The notes beneath the pieces are model-generated. The model saw only the letters and a list, made by a program, of their open reading frames with translations, had not been told where the DNA came from and searched no databases. Shown one piece after another: positions 51,825 through 61,336 of a DNA stretch of 64,000 nucleotides. Numbering within the stretch: position 1 is the first letter of the stretch; every line of letters starts with the position of its first letter. Made by a program: the position numbers and the translations under genes. Source of the DNA: Candidatus Thorarchaeota archaeon SMTZ1-45 (GTDB lineage: Archaea > Asgardarchaeota > Thorarchaeia > Thorarchaeales > Thorarchaeaceae); contig LRSL01000086.1 in assembly GCA_001563335.1 (NCBI GenBank), positions 18,839 through 82,838 of the forward strand, given 5' to 3'.

Positions 51825-51877
51825 ATATTGTAACTATTAGGTTAATCGTGGTATGTTTTTGTCGCACCACATATTTT

Positions 51878-51899
51878 ATAATGAATCTTGATTCATTAT
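51878..51899. promoter_or_regulatory. Palindromic operator ATGAATC-N2-GATTCAT (site 2)
   Basis: ataatgaatcttgattcattat overlapping TATA-like ttttata; matches the site at 24641. Confidence 0.75.
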
Positions 51900-51947
51900 T
51901 TATTGCCGTTGTTGGGATTTCAATCTCAAAATAACATTTGAGAGAAG

Positions 51948-52805
51948 GTGTTCAAGACGTCAAAAGTTGTTTCTAAAGTAAGTGAGATGGTTCCGCCTGA
52001 AGTAAAAGAGAATATGAGAGATGTGAAACACAAAATCGTTGTACTCTCTGGCAAAGGTGGTGTAGGTAAGACCACAGTCGCAACTAACATGGCAATGTTA
52101 TTTGCAAAGAGGGGACTCAAGTCTGGAATCCTCGATGTCGATATATATGGACCAAATGTGCCTAAACTCTTAGGTCTCGAGGGTGAACACCCACACGCAG
52201 AACACCAAAAGCTATTGCCAGTTGAGGGACCACTGGGTCTCAAAGTGATGAGTATGGGTTTTCTTCTTCGAAACAGTGATGATGCTATTGCTTGGAGAGG
52301 TCCATTAGTGGGAAAGGCTATTCAGCAATTCCTAAGTGACGTCAAATGGGGCGAGCTGGATGTGATCGTTGTTGACCTACCACCAGGCACAGGAGATGAG
52401 ATTCTGAGCATTCTCCAGTCAATTCCTGAGATTGATGGTGTCATTATTGTATCAACTCCTCAAGAGGTCGCTGTATTGGATGCACGTCGAGCAATTCGAC
52501 TTGTAGAGAAGATGGGAGTACGGATTCTTGGTATTATAGAGAACATGAGTGAGTTTGTATGTCCACACTGTGGTAAGTCGTACAATCTTTTTGGAGAAGG
52601 TGTGACTCAGAAAGCCGCCAACGAGTTTGGAATTAGGCACCTCGGCTCCTTACCACTAGATCCAAGAATCATCAGCCTCTCTGATAGGGGAACTCCTTTT
52701 GTCGTGGAAGACCCAGAATCCAAAGCTGCCAAAGCATTTGGAGTGGTCGTTGATCAGCTCAGTAAGACAATCGGCATCAAAAAGAATCAGGGTGAGAAAA
52801 AATGA
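51948..52805 (+). CDS. mrp: Mrp/NBP35 Fe-S cluster carrier ATPase
   Basis: SGKGGVGKT, DVDIYGP, WRGP, DLPPGTGD, ENMS..CPHC. Confidence 0.93.
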   Translation: MFKTSKVVSKVSEMVPPEVKENMRDVKHKIVVLSGKGGVGKTTVATNMAMLFAKRGLKSGILDVDIYGPNVPKLLGLEGEHPHAEHQKLLPVEGPLGLKVMSMGFLLRNSDDAIAWRGPLVGKAIQQFLSDVKWGELDVIVVDLPPGTGDEILSILQSIPEIDGVIIVSTPQEVAVLDARRAIRLVEKMGVRILGIIENMSEFVCPHCGKSYNLFGEGVTQKAANEFGIRHLGSLPLDPRIISLSDRGTPFVVEDPESKAAKAFGVVVDQLSKTIGIKKNQGEKK

Positions 52806-53089
52806 GAGGTGGATATGGACGGTCAGGCAGTAGAGGTCGTTGGCCAGGAAATGGTCCATTCCAGGACCTACCACCATGGGAGAGACCTGGTTGGCTCTAT
52901 GGACGTGGATCTTGTTGGTATATGGGATATCGTCCCGGTATTGACTATACAGTTCAGCCATTTTCAGTAGCCAACAATCTTCAATCTTTGCAGAGCCAAA
53001 AAAAACTGCTTGAAGAACAAATCAGAAGTCTTCAGGATAGACTAAAGAATATTGAGAAACATCTGTCAGAGATTCAAAAACAGGAGTAG
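52802..53089 (+). CDS. DUF5320-like small protein
   Basis: Gly/Arg-rich N-terminus, WPG.GPF..LPPW.RPGW, C-terminal coiled coil. Confidence 0.7.
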   Translation: MRGGYGRSGSRGRWPGNGPFQDLPPWERPGWLYGRGSCWYMGYRPGIDYTVQPFSVANNLQSLQSQKKLLEEQIRSLQDRLKNIEKHLSEIQKQE

Positions 53090-53136
53090 ATTATCTACAG
53101 GTGTGAATAACGAGTGGTACTAATGGTACCGAAACG

Positions 53137-54147
53137 ATGTGTATAACTATGACATACACATATGGCCCAGTGGCATCATGGCGCTATGGACGCTCTTTGG
53201 GAATTGATGTAACGACTCGTCCAAAGAAGTGCACCTTCAACTGCATCTATTGTCAATTGGGCTCAACGATAGAACATGTAGTTTCACCAGATGATATTCT
53301 AGATAAATTGCCATCTTCTCAGGATATCCTCAAAGAGGTCTATAGTGTTTTAAGACGGTTAGATTTGAACTCCATCGATGCTGTAACATTCTCTGGAGCA
53401 GGAGAACCCACTCTAAACTTGGAAATTGGTGTGTTAGCAGATGCAATAAAAAGAGAGATTCAGAGTTTACCTCTTGTACTTCTGACAAATGCATCACTTC
53501 TCCAAACCCCTGAGGTGAGAAAGAACCTTACTGGATTTGATATTATTTCTGCCAAGATGGATGCAGGTGATGATAGAACCTTCAGACTCATCAATCATCC
53601 AGCACGGGGTATTTTCACATTGGATGACATTATTGATGGCATTAAGAAACTACATAAACAGATGTATGGCACTCTGGCTCTAGAGGTCATGCTTCTAAAA
53701 GGACCACAGGGATTGACGAATGCAGAAGGACAAGCTAGAGGAGCACTCATTGAGAGGATTCTTGAGATCACACCTGATGTTGTACAGATCTACACTCCTT
53801 GGCGTCCCTCTGCAGTTGAGGGCATTCAACCACTCTCAGTCAACATTCTACACGAGTTTGGGCAGGAGCTTGGTGAGTATCTTGGCATGGATAAAATATG
53901 GGTTTATGGTTACCATGATGCCCGAAACAAACCCGTGAGATGGAAAAATCATAATAAAATTGAGAATGAGATCATTGATCTACTCAGACGCAGACCATGC
54001 AGAATTTCGGATGTCATAGTTTCCATGGGAATAAAGACAGCACTCGCGAAACACATCCTAAACAGCCTTCTCAAAAGTGGAGAGGTATCGATACAGAAGA
54101 TAGAGAATGAATCCTTCTACAGAATCGTTAATTATCCAGAGGTTTGA
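53137..54147 (+). CDS. Radical SAM protein with C-terminal wHTH (TYW1-like subfamily)
   Basis: YGPV.SWRYGRSLGID, CTFNCIYCQLG, GEPTL, RRPC. Confidence 0.88.
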   Translation: MCITMTYTYGPVASWRYGRSLGIDVTTRPKKCTFNCIYCQLGSTIEHVVSPDDILDKLPSSQDILKEVYSVLRRLDLNSIDAVTFSGAGEPTLNLEIGVLADAIKREIQSLPLVLLTNASLLQTPEVRKNLTGFDIISAKMDAGDDRTFRLINHPARGIFTLDDIIDGIKKLHKQMYGTLALEVMLLKGPQGLTNAEGQARGALIERILEITPDVVQIYTPWRPSAVEGIQPLSVNILHEFGQELGEYLGMDKIWVYGYHDARNKPVRWKNHNKIENEIIDLLRRRPCRISDVIVSMGIKTALAKHILNSLLKSGEVSIQKIENESFYRIVNYPEV

Positions 54148-54194
54148 ATAGAGGAATTCAACATTGTCATGAGTCCCTCTCAGAGGAATTGAAA

Positions 54195-54274
54195 TGTAAA
54201 ATGAAAAGGGTGTCCAATACTGTAAGGAATGGAAGATTGCCTTACTCATCCAACATTATCAACCTATACTTTTT
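54195..54274 (+). repeat. Array element copy 4 (degenerate)
   Basis: tgtaaaatgaaaagggtgtccaatactg...tcatccaacattatcaacctatacttt; aligns end to end with the copy at 61216. Confidence 0.65.
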
Positions 54275-54387
54275 GCCCATCATAGTAGCATCTAAGATAG
54301 ACTACAAACCGTTTTTCTTGATGAGCTTTAATGAAGCACATTCATAATGTGTTGTAATAATACAGATTGTTATGGTCATGTGAAACT

Positions 54388-54897
54388 TTACTTGGTAGAT
54401 AGTTTTTCTAAATCTTCGAGAATGGCCTCAAGATCTTCTTCATGCTCAACTTCATCTGCAAGAATCTCTAGAACCATCTTATGAGTGATTGGATCTTTTC
54501 CCTCAGTCATCTCGACCAATTTGTTATATACTACTATGGCACATTGTTCCCCCTTGATGTTCTGGACTAATAACGCACGAACCGATGGATCTGATGGCGT
54601 TTCATATCCACAGTTTGTTTCTTTATACCAATCCTCCGGTTTAATCAAAGGAGTTCCACCCAACTGAATCATTCTCTCTACCAGCATCCCAGCATGTCGA
54701 AGCTCATCACCAGCATGTTCCATTAGTTCTGCCTCTAAGAGACCTCTCATTGGTCCGACAACTATCTGCGCTCCAATCCAATATTGATAATATGCCAACC
54801 ATTCATCTGCAAATGCTTTATTGAGTAGCTTTAGTAGTTCATCGACATCAAGTTTGGCTTTGACTATTTCCGTTCCTTTACTTCCCATTATGATCAC
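54388..54897 (-). CDS. DPS-like/ferritin-family protein
   Basis: ADEWLAYYQYW, ELRHA, GEQCAI, DEVEHE. Confidence 0.9.
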   Translation of the reverse strand: MIIMGSKGTEIVKAKLDVDELLKLLNKAFADEWLAYYQYWIGAQIVVGPMRGLLEAELMEHAGDELRHAGMLVERMIQLGGTPLIKPEDWYKETNCGYETPSDPSVRALLVQNIKGEQCAIVVYNKLVEMTEGKDPITHKMVLEILADEVEHEEDLEAILEDLEKLSTK

Positions 54898-55037
54898 CCT
54901 GTATTATGAATTCGGAGCATGTTCAACTATGAGAAATTGAATCATGATTCGCTTCATAACGTTGAGTCGTGGGTAATATTAGACTTTCGCTTTAGAATGG
55001 CAGAATTTCTATCCCCTGCGTGCAATGTTTACTACTA

Positions 55038-55118
55038 TGTTGAAAGGGATGTTCAATACTACCGAGAGAAGATTAGTTCCCTGATTACCTGACTTTCTCG
55101 TAAACCTGCACCTTTCTC
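55038..55118 (+). repeat. Array element copy 5 (degenerate)
   Basis: tgttgaaagggatgttcaatac...agttccctgattacctgac. Confidence 0.6.
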
Positions 55119-55198
55119 TTTCTGAAGACAGAGCAAGCTGTATTGATTATTTAAGATGATAGAAAACGCAAGAGGTGTTACTGAGGGGATATTGCTCA

Positions 55199-55702
55199 TT
55201 AATCATGATCATTTTCAAAACGATCATCAGCTTTGAATGAGTGGTCTTTTCTAATTGGGGACATTCCAAGCCAGCCTGATGTTGCTAGAGGTCTATTATC
55301 AAACTCTGGAACAAAGGGTTTGATATCAAGTAGTGGTGTTTCATCAAGCATGTCAACTCCTTTAATATATAGACGTGTTCCCTCAATGCTGACTAGTTTT
55401 ACAATAGAAATTCCAATAGGATTGGGGCGTGATGGGGCTCTTATGGCAAATATGCCATGCGAGTCGGTATCAAGGTATGGTTTCATTTGCATCTTGGGGG
55501 CTTTAGCCTTATGAAACCAATACAGGAGAATGATGTGTGAAAACCCATCCAGAGACTTGAGACCATCACGGAATTCTTCGAATACCTCAACATACCCGAG
55601 AGCATCAGACTTGCTCGATTGAATTGGAGTGGCTTTGCTCGATTTGAAAGGAGTTCTGATAGTTCCGATGGATTGTATCTTGAACTCTTGTGGTTTACTC
55701 AT
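55199..55702 (-). CDS. tsaA: TsaA/TrmO-family SAM-binding tRNA methyltransferase
   Basis: IG.IRTPF, L.GFSHI...YWFH, GIFA.RAP.RPNPIG, TPLLDIKP. Confidence 0.9.
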   Translation of the reverse strand: MSKPQEFKIQSIGTIRTPFKSSKATPIQSSKSDALGYVEVFEEFRDGLKSLDGFSHIILLYWFHKAKAPKMQMKPYLDTDSHGIFAIRAPSRPNPIGISIVKLVSIEGTRLYIKGVDMLDETPLLDIKPFVPEFDNRPLATSGWLGMSPIRKDHSFKADDRFENDHD

Positions 55703-55850
55703 GGTAGATTGAATAACTACATTATCAGATATCTGTTATTGGAGATACTCACCGTTACAACTAAACTACTGGAACTACTCAAACAGGAAGCTAAGCAACT
55801 GGATTAAACATAACGTTAGTATTGACTTGTTCTCGTTTGTAAGTAATTTA

Positions 55851-55931
55851 TCAAAATGAAAAGTGTACTCAACAACGTCAGAAAGGGAAAGTTCCCTGTT
55901 CACTCGACCCCGTCAGCCTCTACTTCAAACA
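55851..55931 (+). repeat. Array element copy 6
   Basis: aaaatgaaaagtgtactcaacaacgtcagaaagggaaagttccctgttcactcgaccccgtcagcctctacttcaaaca. Confidence 0.9.
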
Positions 55932-55951
55932 TTGTATGAAGAATATGTAAA

Positions 55952-56785
55952 TTACGAGTTGTCAGAATCAACATCCCTATCGAAGGGATGCGAGCGAGCT
56001 AAAATACGTTCAAAATGTCTACGACTATCTTCTACTACTGAACTTGAGGTTTCAAGTGTAAAAAGCCCGAACTCTCCTGCAGGTGTGAATAGGCTAGTTA
56101 TTGCTATATTATCATCAAGAAGTGCTCCATCTCGTATGAGTTCTGGCTCAAGCTCATCTATGGTCACGTAACGTACTGAGATTCCAGCCTCGCTCTGCTC
56201 TCTGATTGTATTGGTAAGTGGGAATTCATCTCTCAGAAAATCCTTGTCTTTTAAAATGAAGATTCGGATAATCTTTAGTCCCTTCCTAGCTGTTCTAAGA
56301 TTAGTTTCCTGCCAGAGATGATGATCACCAGTTGACCATTTGTACGGATCCATGACAATATCTGTAGCGAGAACAGTCTTCTGAACAGTGTCAAATATCT
56401 GTCCTGCTCTCACATAGGCCTCTTCGCGTGGAATACTGATTCGACCTCTCCTGAGATCCTTAATCATCTCTCCGAACTTAAGTAGTCCTCGTTGTGCTTC
56501 TTGAATGTGAAGTGGACTTCCGTTTCTCATAATAAGGTCATATTCAGCGACCACCTCTCTTAGAGGCTTATGCGTGGCACTGACCTCAGAGATTGATAGT
56601 GTGTCAGCGATGACTTTTGTTGAGTGTGAAAGCTGAATTTGTGTTTCTATTGTCAGCGCAACTAGCTCAATTACCAATGCTACCAAAACGGAGGAGAGAA
56701 CATCTGTGGTGGCTAACCAAACGACGAAGCTCGCAATAATGGCTATCATGAGTCCCAATAGTTTCTCTGGAATTCGGATGCTCAT
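55952..56785 (-). CDS. Hypothetical protein: two N-terminal TM helices plus soluble domain
   Basis: 277-aa ORF filling the space between two repeat copies. Confidence 0.75.
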   Translation of the reverse strand: MSIRIPEKLLGLMIAIIASFVVWLATTDVLSSVLVALVIELVALTIETQIQLSHSTKVIADTLSISEVSATHKPLREVVAEYDLIMRNGSPLHIQEAQRGLLKFGEMIKDLRRGRISIPREEAYVRAGQIFDTVQKTVLATDIVMDPYKWSTGDHHLWQETNLRTARKGLKIIRIFILKDKDFLRDEFPLTNTIREQSEAGISVRYVTIDELEPELIRDGALLDDNIAITSLFTPAGEFGLFTLETSSSVVEDSRRHFERILARSHPFDRDVDSDNS

Positions 56786-56886
56786 TGTAAATCAACTCAC
56801 TCTTTGACCCCTGATGATAATTAGATATGGGTTGGATTTGTGTCTACTTGTGGATAAATTCGATTCTAAATAGCAAATGCACAAAA

Positions 56887-56966
56887 ACACAAGAAAAAAG
56901 GTGCTCAATAGTGTCAGAAGAGGAGAGTTCCCTGTTCACCCGACCCCGTCGGTTTCTGCCCTTACC
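56887..56966 (+). repeat. Array element copy 7
   Basis: aagaaaaaaggtgctcaatagtgtcagaagaggagagttccctgttcacccgaccccgtcggtttctgcccttacc. Confidence 0.9.
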
Positions 56967-56993
56967 AGTTTAGAACTGATAAAGCTCGACTTT

Positions 56994-57563
56994 TTAGGAC
57001 GCATTACAAATCTTGTTAGCTAGTTCACGAACCTCGGCAACTAGTCTAGTATTCTTTTCGGCATCCCCTATGTCATTTGCAGTTCCATGAACAATCCCCA
57101 AAGTTTCCCCTTTCATATAGCGTATAAGATGTTTGATAGAATTTATCGCATGTTGAACTCCGGATTCTTTAACATTAGTATCTCCGTAAACAAAGAGAAC
57201 AGCAAATCGTTTTCCATCTAACTTGTGACCGCCTTTAACATGCAATGCTACTAATCTGTCAATGAATAATTTCAGTTGACCAGAATAATTGAACCAGTAT
57301 ATTGGTGATGCAAAAATGATGGTGTCAGCTTCGATAATTTTCGGGTAAATCTCATTCATATCATCGTCATCTTGAACGCATCTTAGAGGAAAACCTTCGT
57401 AGCACCAGAAACAACCTCGGCAGTGTTTAATGTTGAGTTCATGAAGATGAAGAATTCTTGATTCCATCCCTTTCTTTTCTAGTATATCATTCATCTGGTT
57501 AATTAAGTAACGAGTATTGCCCTTTCTTCTTGCGCTACCGTTCAGAATCAGAATTTTACTCAT
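56994..57563 (-). CDS. Iron-sulfur flavoprotein / NADPH-dependent FMN reductase family
   Basis: GSARRKGNT, CRGCFWC...C, ASPIYW, K.FIDR. Confidence 0.9.
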   Translation of the reverse strand: MSKILILNGSARRKGNTRYLINQMNDILEKKGMESRILHLHELNIKHCRGCFWCYEGFPLRCVQDDDDMNEIYPKIIEADTIIFASPIYWFNYSGQLKLFIDRLVALHVKGGHKLDGKRFAVLFVYGDTNVKESGVQHAINSIKHLIRYMKGETLGIVHGTANDIGDAEKNTRLVAEVRELANKICNAS

Positions 57564-57615
57564 GATAAGACCAGGTTGATTGGTAAGTAATAAGCATGTA
57601 GTTCAACGAAAACGA

Positions 57616-57699
57616 TGTAGAAGAGAAAGAGTGGATCAACAGGTTAGGAAGGGGATAGTTCCCTGTTCATCCCCACTCAATTAGCCTCTACTTCTTAGA
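57616..57699 (+). repeat. Array element copy 8
   Basis: tgtagaagagaaagagtggatcaacaggttaggaaggggatagttccctgttcatccccactcaattagcctctacttcttaga. Confidence 0.88.
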
Positions 57700-57766
57700 A
57701 CAATGAATTAGGCGATTTTCAACCAAGTTTTGGTATGGGTACTTGAAACTGCATCAAGCATAAGGT

Positions 57767-57790
57767 TAGTACTGTCTTAAGACAGTACTA
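57767..57790. other. Perfect 24-bp palindrome in an ORF-less inter-repeat unit
   Basis: tagtactgtcttaagacagtacta equals its own reverse complement. Confidence 0.85.
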
Positions 57791-57818
57791 GATAATCAGG
57801 AATAGAGAAGGAAAAAGA

Positions 57819-57895
57819 TGCAATATAGAGAAGGTGCTCAATAATGCAATATGCGTAATCCTCCAAATACCCTACAACCAACCTCTACTTCTCAC
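57819..57895 (+). repeat. Array element copy 9 (ends conserved, core replaced)
   Basis: tgcaatatagagaaggtgctcaataatg ... caacctctacttctcac. Confidence 0.72.
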
Positions 57896-58045
57896 TACAT
57901 GGGCGCCATAGCTTTTTCTCAGTCCAAACATCAAAGCTCAAGTGACTCGGGACCCTGTTGCTCAATGCATATCCAAAATCTAATGTGGGACAGAGGCATC
58001 TGATTGTGGTAAATGAGTAGATACACGCTCCAGTGAGGAATTAAT

Positions 58046-59014
58046 TTGAACTGGGAATCCTTACTGCACAAGAATCTCTTGCAATGGCTGTTAGATGGAG
58101 AGCCTTGGGTTATCTATCGGACTTTGACATGGCTACTAGATAAGCCGGAGAATGATGATTCAGTATTAGAAGCAAAAAGGATGGTTCCCAAGCATCCAAT
58201 GATAGAAGGCATCTTCGCAGGCTTGAATGCGAACGGATACTGGGGGAAACCGGAGGATATACATACCTGGTGGCCCAAGAAATTCACCACATTCTGGCTG
58301 CTACCAGTCCTCGCAGATTTCGGTCTAACGATAGATGATAAGAGAATCGCGAAAGCTTGTGAATATGTGTTCACTACACAGCTTCAATCTGGTGCTTTTG
58401 GATGGTCTCCACCAACAAAACCCGGAGAGTGTCATACTGCAATACTTGTCGAAGCAATGGCAAAGCTTGGTCTTTTGCATGACTCAAGAGTACAGAGTGC
58501 CTACAGATGGCTCGTCAAGAAACAGCGCCTAGATGGCGGATTCTGGTGCAAGAACACTGGTCTGATAGGGAAACCAAGAGAGAAAGAGCCAAGCTGTGCT
58601 TTTGCAACTATGTTCGTGCTTGGAGCAATGGCTCAGAATCCTAGGTTAAAAGAGAGTATAGCTGCGAAGAGGGGGATCAGGTTCCTGTTTAAATGCTGGA
58701 GAAATCGTGGGAAAATGAAATATGCTGGCCATGACAGTGAGATTGGACATGGTTGGGAGAAGTTGAAATATCCGTTTACAGAATATCGTATTCTGAAGTT
58801 CCTTGAAGTTCTGTCGCAGTTTAAGCATTCAAAGCAAGAGCTTCTTAGATCTGGACTGGTTGACCTACTACTCAAGAAACGTGACAACGATGGACGGTTC
58901 ACACCCGAGTCAATCCATAGAGCTTGGTCTGATTGGGACTTTGGACAGAAACAGAAACCGTCGAGATGGATTACTCTTTGCGCTTTGCGGATTATGAAGA
59001 GTGCAATTGAGTAG
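58046..59014 (+). CDS. Prenyltransferase/squalene-cyclase-like alpha-alpha toroid protein
   Basis: QW-like repeats (Q.QSGAF, WL...QR.DGGF); LKYP; PSRWITL.A. Confidence 0.78.
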   Translation: MNWESLLHKNLLQWLLDGEPWVIYRTLTWLLDKPENDDSVLEAKRMVPKHPMIEGIFAGLNANGYWGKPEDIHTWWPKKFTTFWLLPVLADFGLTIDDKRIAKACEYVFTTQLQSGAFGWSPPTKPGECHTAILVEAMAKLGLLHDSRVQSAYRWLVKKQRLDGGFWCKNTGLIGKPREKEPSCAFATMFVLGAMAQNPRLKESIAAKRGIRFLFKCWRNRGKMKYAGHDSEIGHGWEKLKYPFTEYRILKFLEVLSQFKHSKQELLRSGLVDLLLKKRDNDGRFTPESIHRAWSDWDFGQKQKPSRWITLCALRIMKSAIE

Positions 59015-59099
59015 AAAGATCTTTAATTGAATTCAAGTGTACAGCAAGTCAACATACTGTATTCTTTCACTATGGATATCCTATGTCATGTTTATATAT

Positions 59100-59184
59100 T
59101 GCAAAAGAGAAAGGGTGCTCAACAGTGTCAGAAACGGGAAAGTTTCCTGTTCACCGCCCACGTCACCCTTTACTTCTCTTTACA
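59100..59184 (+). repeat. Array element copy 10
   Basis: tgcaaaagagaaagggtgctcaacagtgtcagaaacgggaaagtttcctgttcaccgcccacgtcaccctttacttct. Confidence 0.9.
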
Positions 59185-59339
59185 ATCAATCAATTCATTT
59201 TTCCCACGCTTCTTTCATTATAAGATTTCTTTTCAGAAACTCCTTCATCAAGTCTTCTGGAACTTTGCTCATTCTGCATGAGAAATTGGTACAGATTTTG
59301 CATGTACCTCCTCTGAGCATCTTGTCAAAGGAAACAGCT

Positions 59340-59626
59340 AACATAAAGAAAATTCATGCACGCGCATTATTAGCTCATACAGCAGAGGCACTATTTGTTT
59401 CTGTAATATTCTCATAAATATACTACAAGAAGTTCAATTATTCTGGTCCGCTCATAACAGCAATATTGATAGTAACCACGGTAATCTTGCTTGACTTTTC
59501 CTGACCGCTACAATAATCCTTCAAGACTATGCTGTGTTCAACAATCCTGTTGGAACTTGGATCCCATTCGCCCTGATCTTCATAGCTACTATGATAGTTA
59601 GAATTTATTTGAATAGGAGTGTATAG
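59340..59626 (+). pseudogene. Decayed membrane-protein gene
   Basis: ..ALLAHTAEALFVSVIFS*IYYKKFNYSGPLITAILIVTTVILLDF / frameshift / LTATIILQDYAVFNNPVGTWIPFALIFIATMIV..; internal stop plus frameshift; 5' boundary approximate. Confidence 0.6.
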
Positions 59627-59674
59627 TATCTCTAGTTTGGAGTGAGTTTCTTCGATTACACAGAGATGAATTTT

Positions 59675-59730
59675 ATAAAATGAAGAAAGTGTTAAAAATG
59701 TCAGAAAAGCTAATTCCTATTTCGCCCAAT
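59675..59730 (+). repeat. Array element copy 11 (strongly degenerate)
   Basis: aaaatgaagaaagtgttaaaaatgtcagaaaagctaattcctatttcgccc. Confidence 0.45.
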
Positions 59731-59764
59731 TCTATAAGGTCCTAATATTAGTAGTCATCGTGAG

Positions 59765-61210
59765 GTGATTGGGATGAAAAGCTTTCTTATTTTTCCTGCT
59801 CCAGATGTCATAAACCTTAGATATTCTACTCCAACATTAAGTCCTCCACTTGGTCTTCTCTATATCGCCTCTTCGTTACGCGAAGCTGGAGTCGAAGTCA
59901 GACTTGTTGACCAGTTGGGAGAAAAGATACCTGATGAAAAGATACTGAGGAGAGTAGAAAGATACTCTCCAGATGTAGTTGGTTTGTCATTGATGTCATG
60001 GCAGGCAAAAAAAGCTGCAAAACTGGCGGCTATGATTAAAGAGAAACTTCCTGACACTCATATAGTATTTGGAGGCGTGCATGCATCAATCAACGCCGAA
60101 CGAATGATGAAAAAATACATCCAAATCGATTCAACTATTGAGGGAGAGGGCGAGCTATCTATGGTCGAGCTTTTCAAAGCTCTAGAACACGGGAATTCTA
60201 TTCAAACAGTATCTGGTATCTATTACCGTGAGAACGGGAAAGTGAAGAGAGGTGCCTCTAGACGTCTTATAACCGATCTCGATTCTTTGCCACCACCTGC
60301 AATGGACTTGGTTAAGAAGGAATGGTATGGTCAATTAGAAGGATTGAAGTTACCATCGATGGTGTCTATGGTGTCTTCTAGAGGTTGTCCTTTCTCATGT
60401 AATTTCTGTTGCTGTAGTCAATTCGCAGGTAGGAAGTGGCGTTCACGGAGTCCTGAGAATGTGGTGGATGAGATTGAGGACCTATTAGCAGCAGGATATG
60501 AGACCATTTTCTTTGTTGATGATTGTTTTACCCTAAATAAGAAGCGTATATTGCGGATTAGTGAGCTAATTAAAAGGCGGAAACTCGAATTCAATTGGCT
60601 TTGTGAGGGAAGAGTTGACCAAATTGATTATCAAATGACTAGATCTATGGTCACGAGTGGTTGCAAGCTCATCTACCTTGGAATAGAGAGTGCAAATCAA
60701 AGGATACTTGATTTTTACAAGAAGAAGATAACTCCTCAAATGAGTATTCAAGCAGTAAAGACCTCTCGTAAGGCAGGCTTAGATATCATTCTTGGTACAT
60801 TCATCATTGGAGCACTTGGTGAAACAAGGAGCGAAATTCAAAATACTATCGATTTCACAATGAAACTCGATATTGATTTTCCTCAACTGAATATATTGGG
60901 AGCAATGCCGGGGACTGACATTTGGAATCAGCTAGTGAATCAAAAGTATATAGATCCTGAGGTGTATTGGGAAACAGGGGTCCTCGTTCCAGATATCTAT
61001 CCCAATTCGGTGAAGACCGATATTCTAGAAAGATGGATTACTGAAGTCTATGAGAAGTTTGTTCATAGAAAAAAATACCTACTGAAACAGATACTTATGA
61101 CGCTGAAGAGCAAGTATAGGATGCAACTTTTATTGAGAAATATGAGTCATGCGGGTAATATCTTAGATTATGTGAAAGGAAAAGCTGATGTCAATGGAGA
61201 AAAACACTAG
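59765..61210 (+). CDS. B12-binding radical SAM protein
   Basis: PPLGLLYIAS, GGVHA, GEGE, SRGCPFSCNFC, F.DDCF, GIESANQ. Confidence 0.92.
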   Translation: MIGMKSFLIFPAPDVINLRYSTPTLSPPLGLLYIASSLREAGVEVRLVDQLGEKIPDEKILRRVERYSPDVVGLSLMSWQAKKAAKLAAMIKEKLPDTHIVFGGVHASINAERMMKKYIQIDSTIEGEGELSMVELFKALEHGNSIQTVSGIYYRENGKVKRGASRRLITDLDSLPPPAMDLVKKEWYGQLEGLKLPSMVSMVSSRGCPFSCNFCCCSQFAGRKWRSRSPENVVDEIEDLLAAGYETIFFVDDCFTLNKKRILRISELIKRRKLEFNWLCEGRVDQIDYQMTRSMVTSGCKLIYLGIESANQRILDFYKKKITPQMSIQAVKTSRKAGLDIILGTFIIGALGETRSEIQNTIDFTMKLDIDFPQLNILGAMPGTDIWNQLVNQKYIDPEVYWETGVLVPDIYPNSVKTDILERWITEVYEKFVHRKKYLLKQILMTLKSKYRMQLLLRNMSHAGNILDYVKGKADVNGEKH

Positions 61211-61215
61211 AGTAT

Positions 61216-61298
61216 TGCAAGGGAAAAAGGATGCCTAACAGTGCGTGGAACTGGAAAGTTCTCTGTTCATCCGACACTATCAGCCTCTGCTTCTTACT
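61216..61298 (+). repeat. Array element copy 12
   Basis: tgcaagggaaaaaggatgcctaacagtgcgtggaactggaaagttctctgttcatccgacactatcagcctctgcttcttac; starts 5 nt after the upstream stop. Confidence 0.88.
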
Positions 61299-61336
61299 AA
61301 TTTGAGAACTGGTTGTATTTATCTTGGACCATTTAA

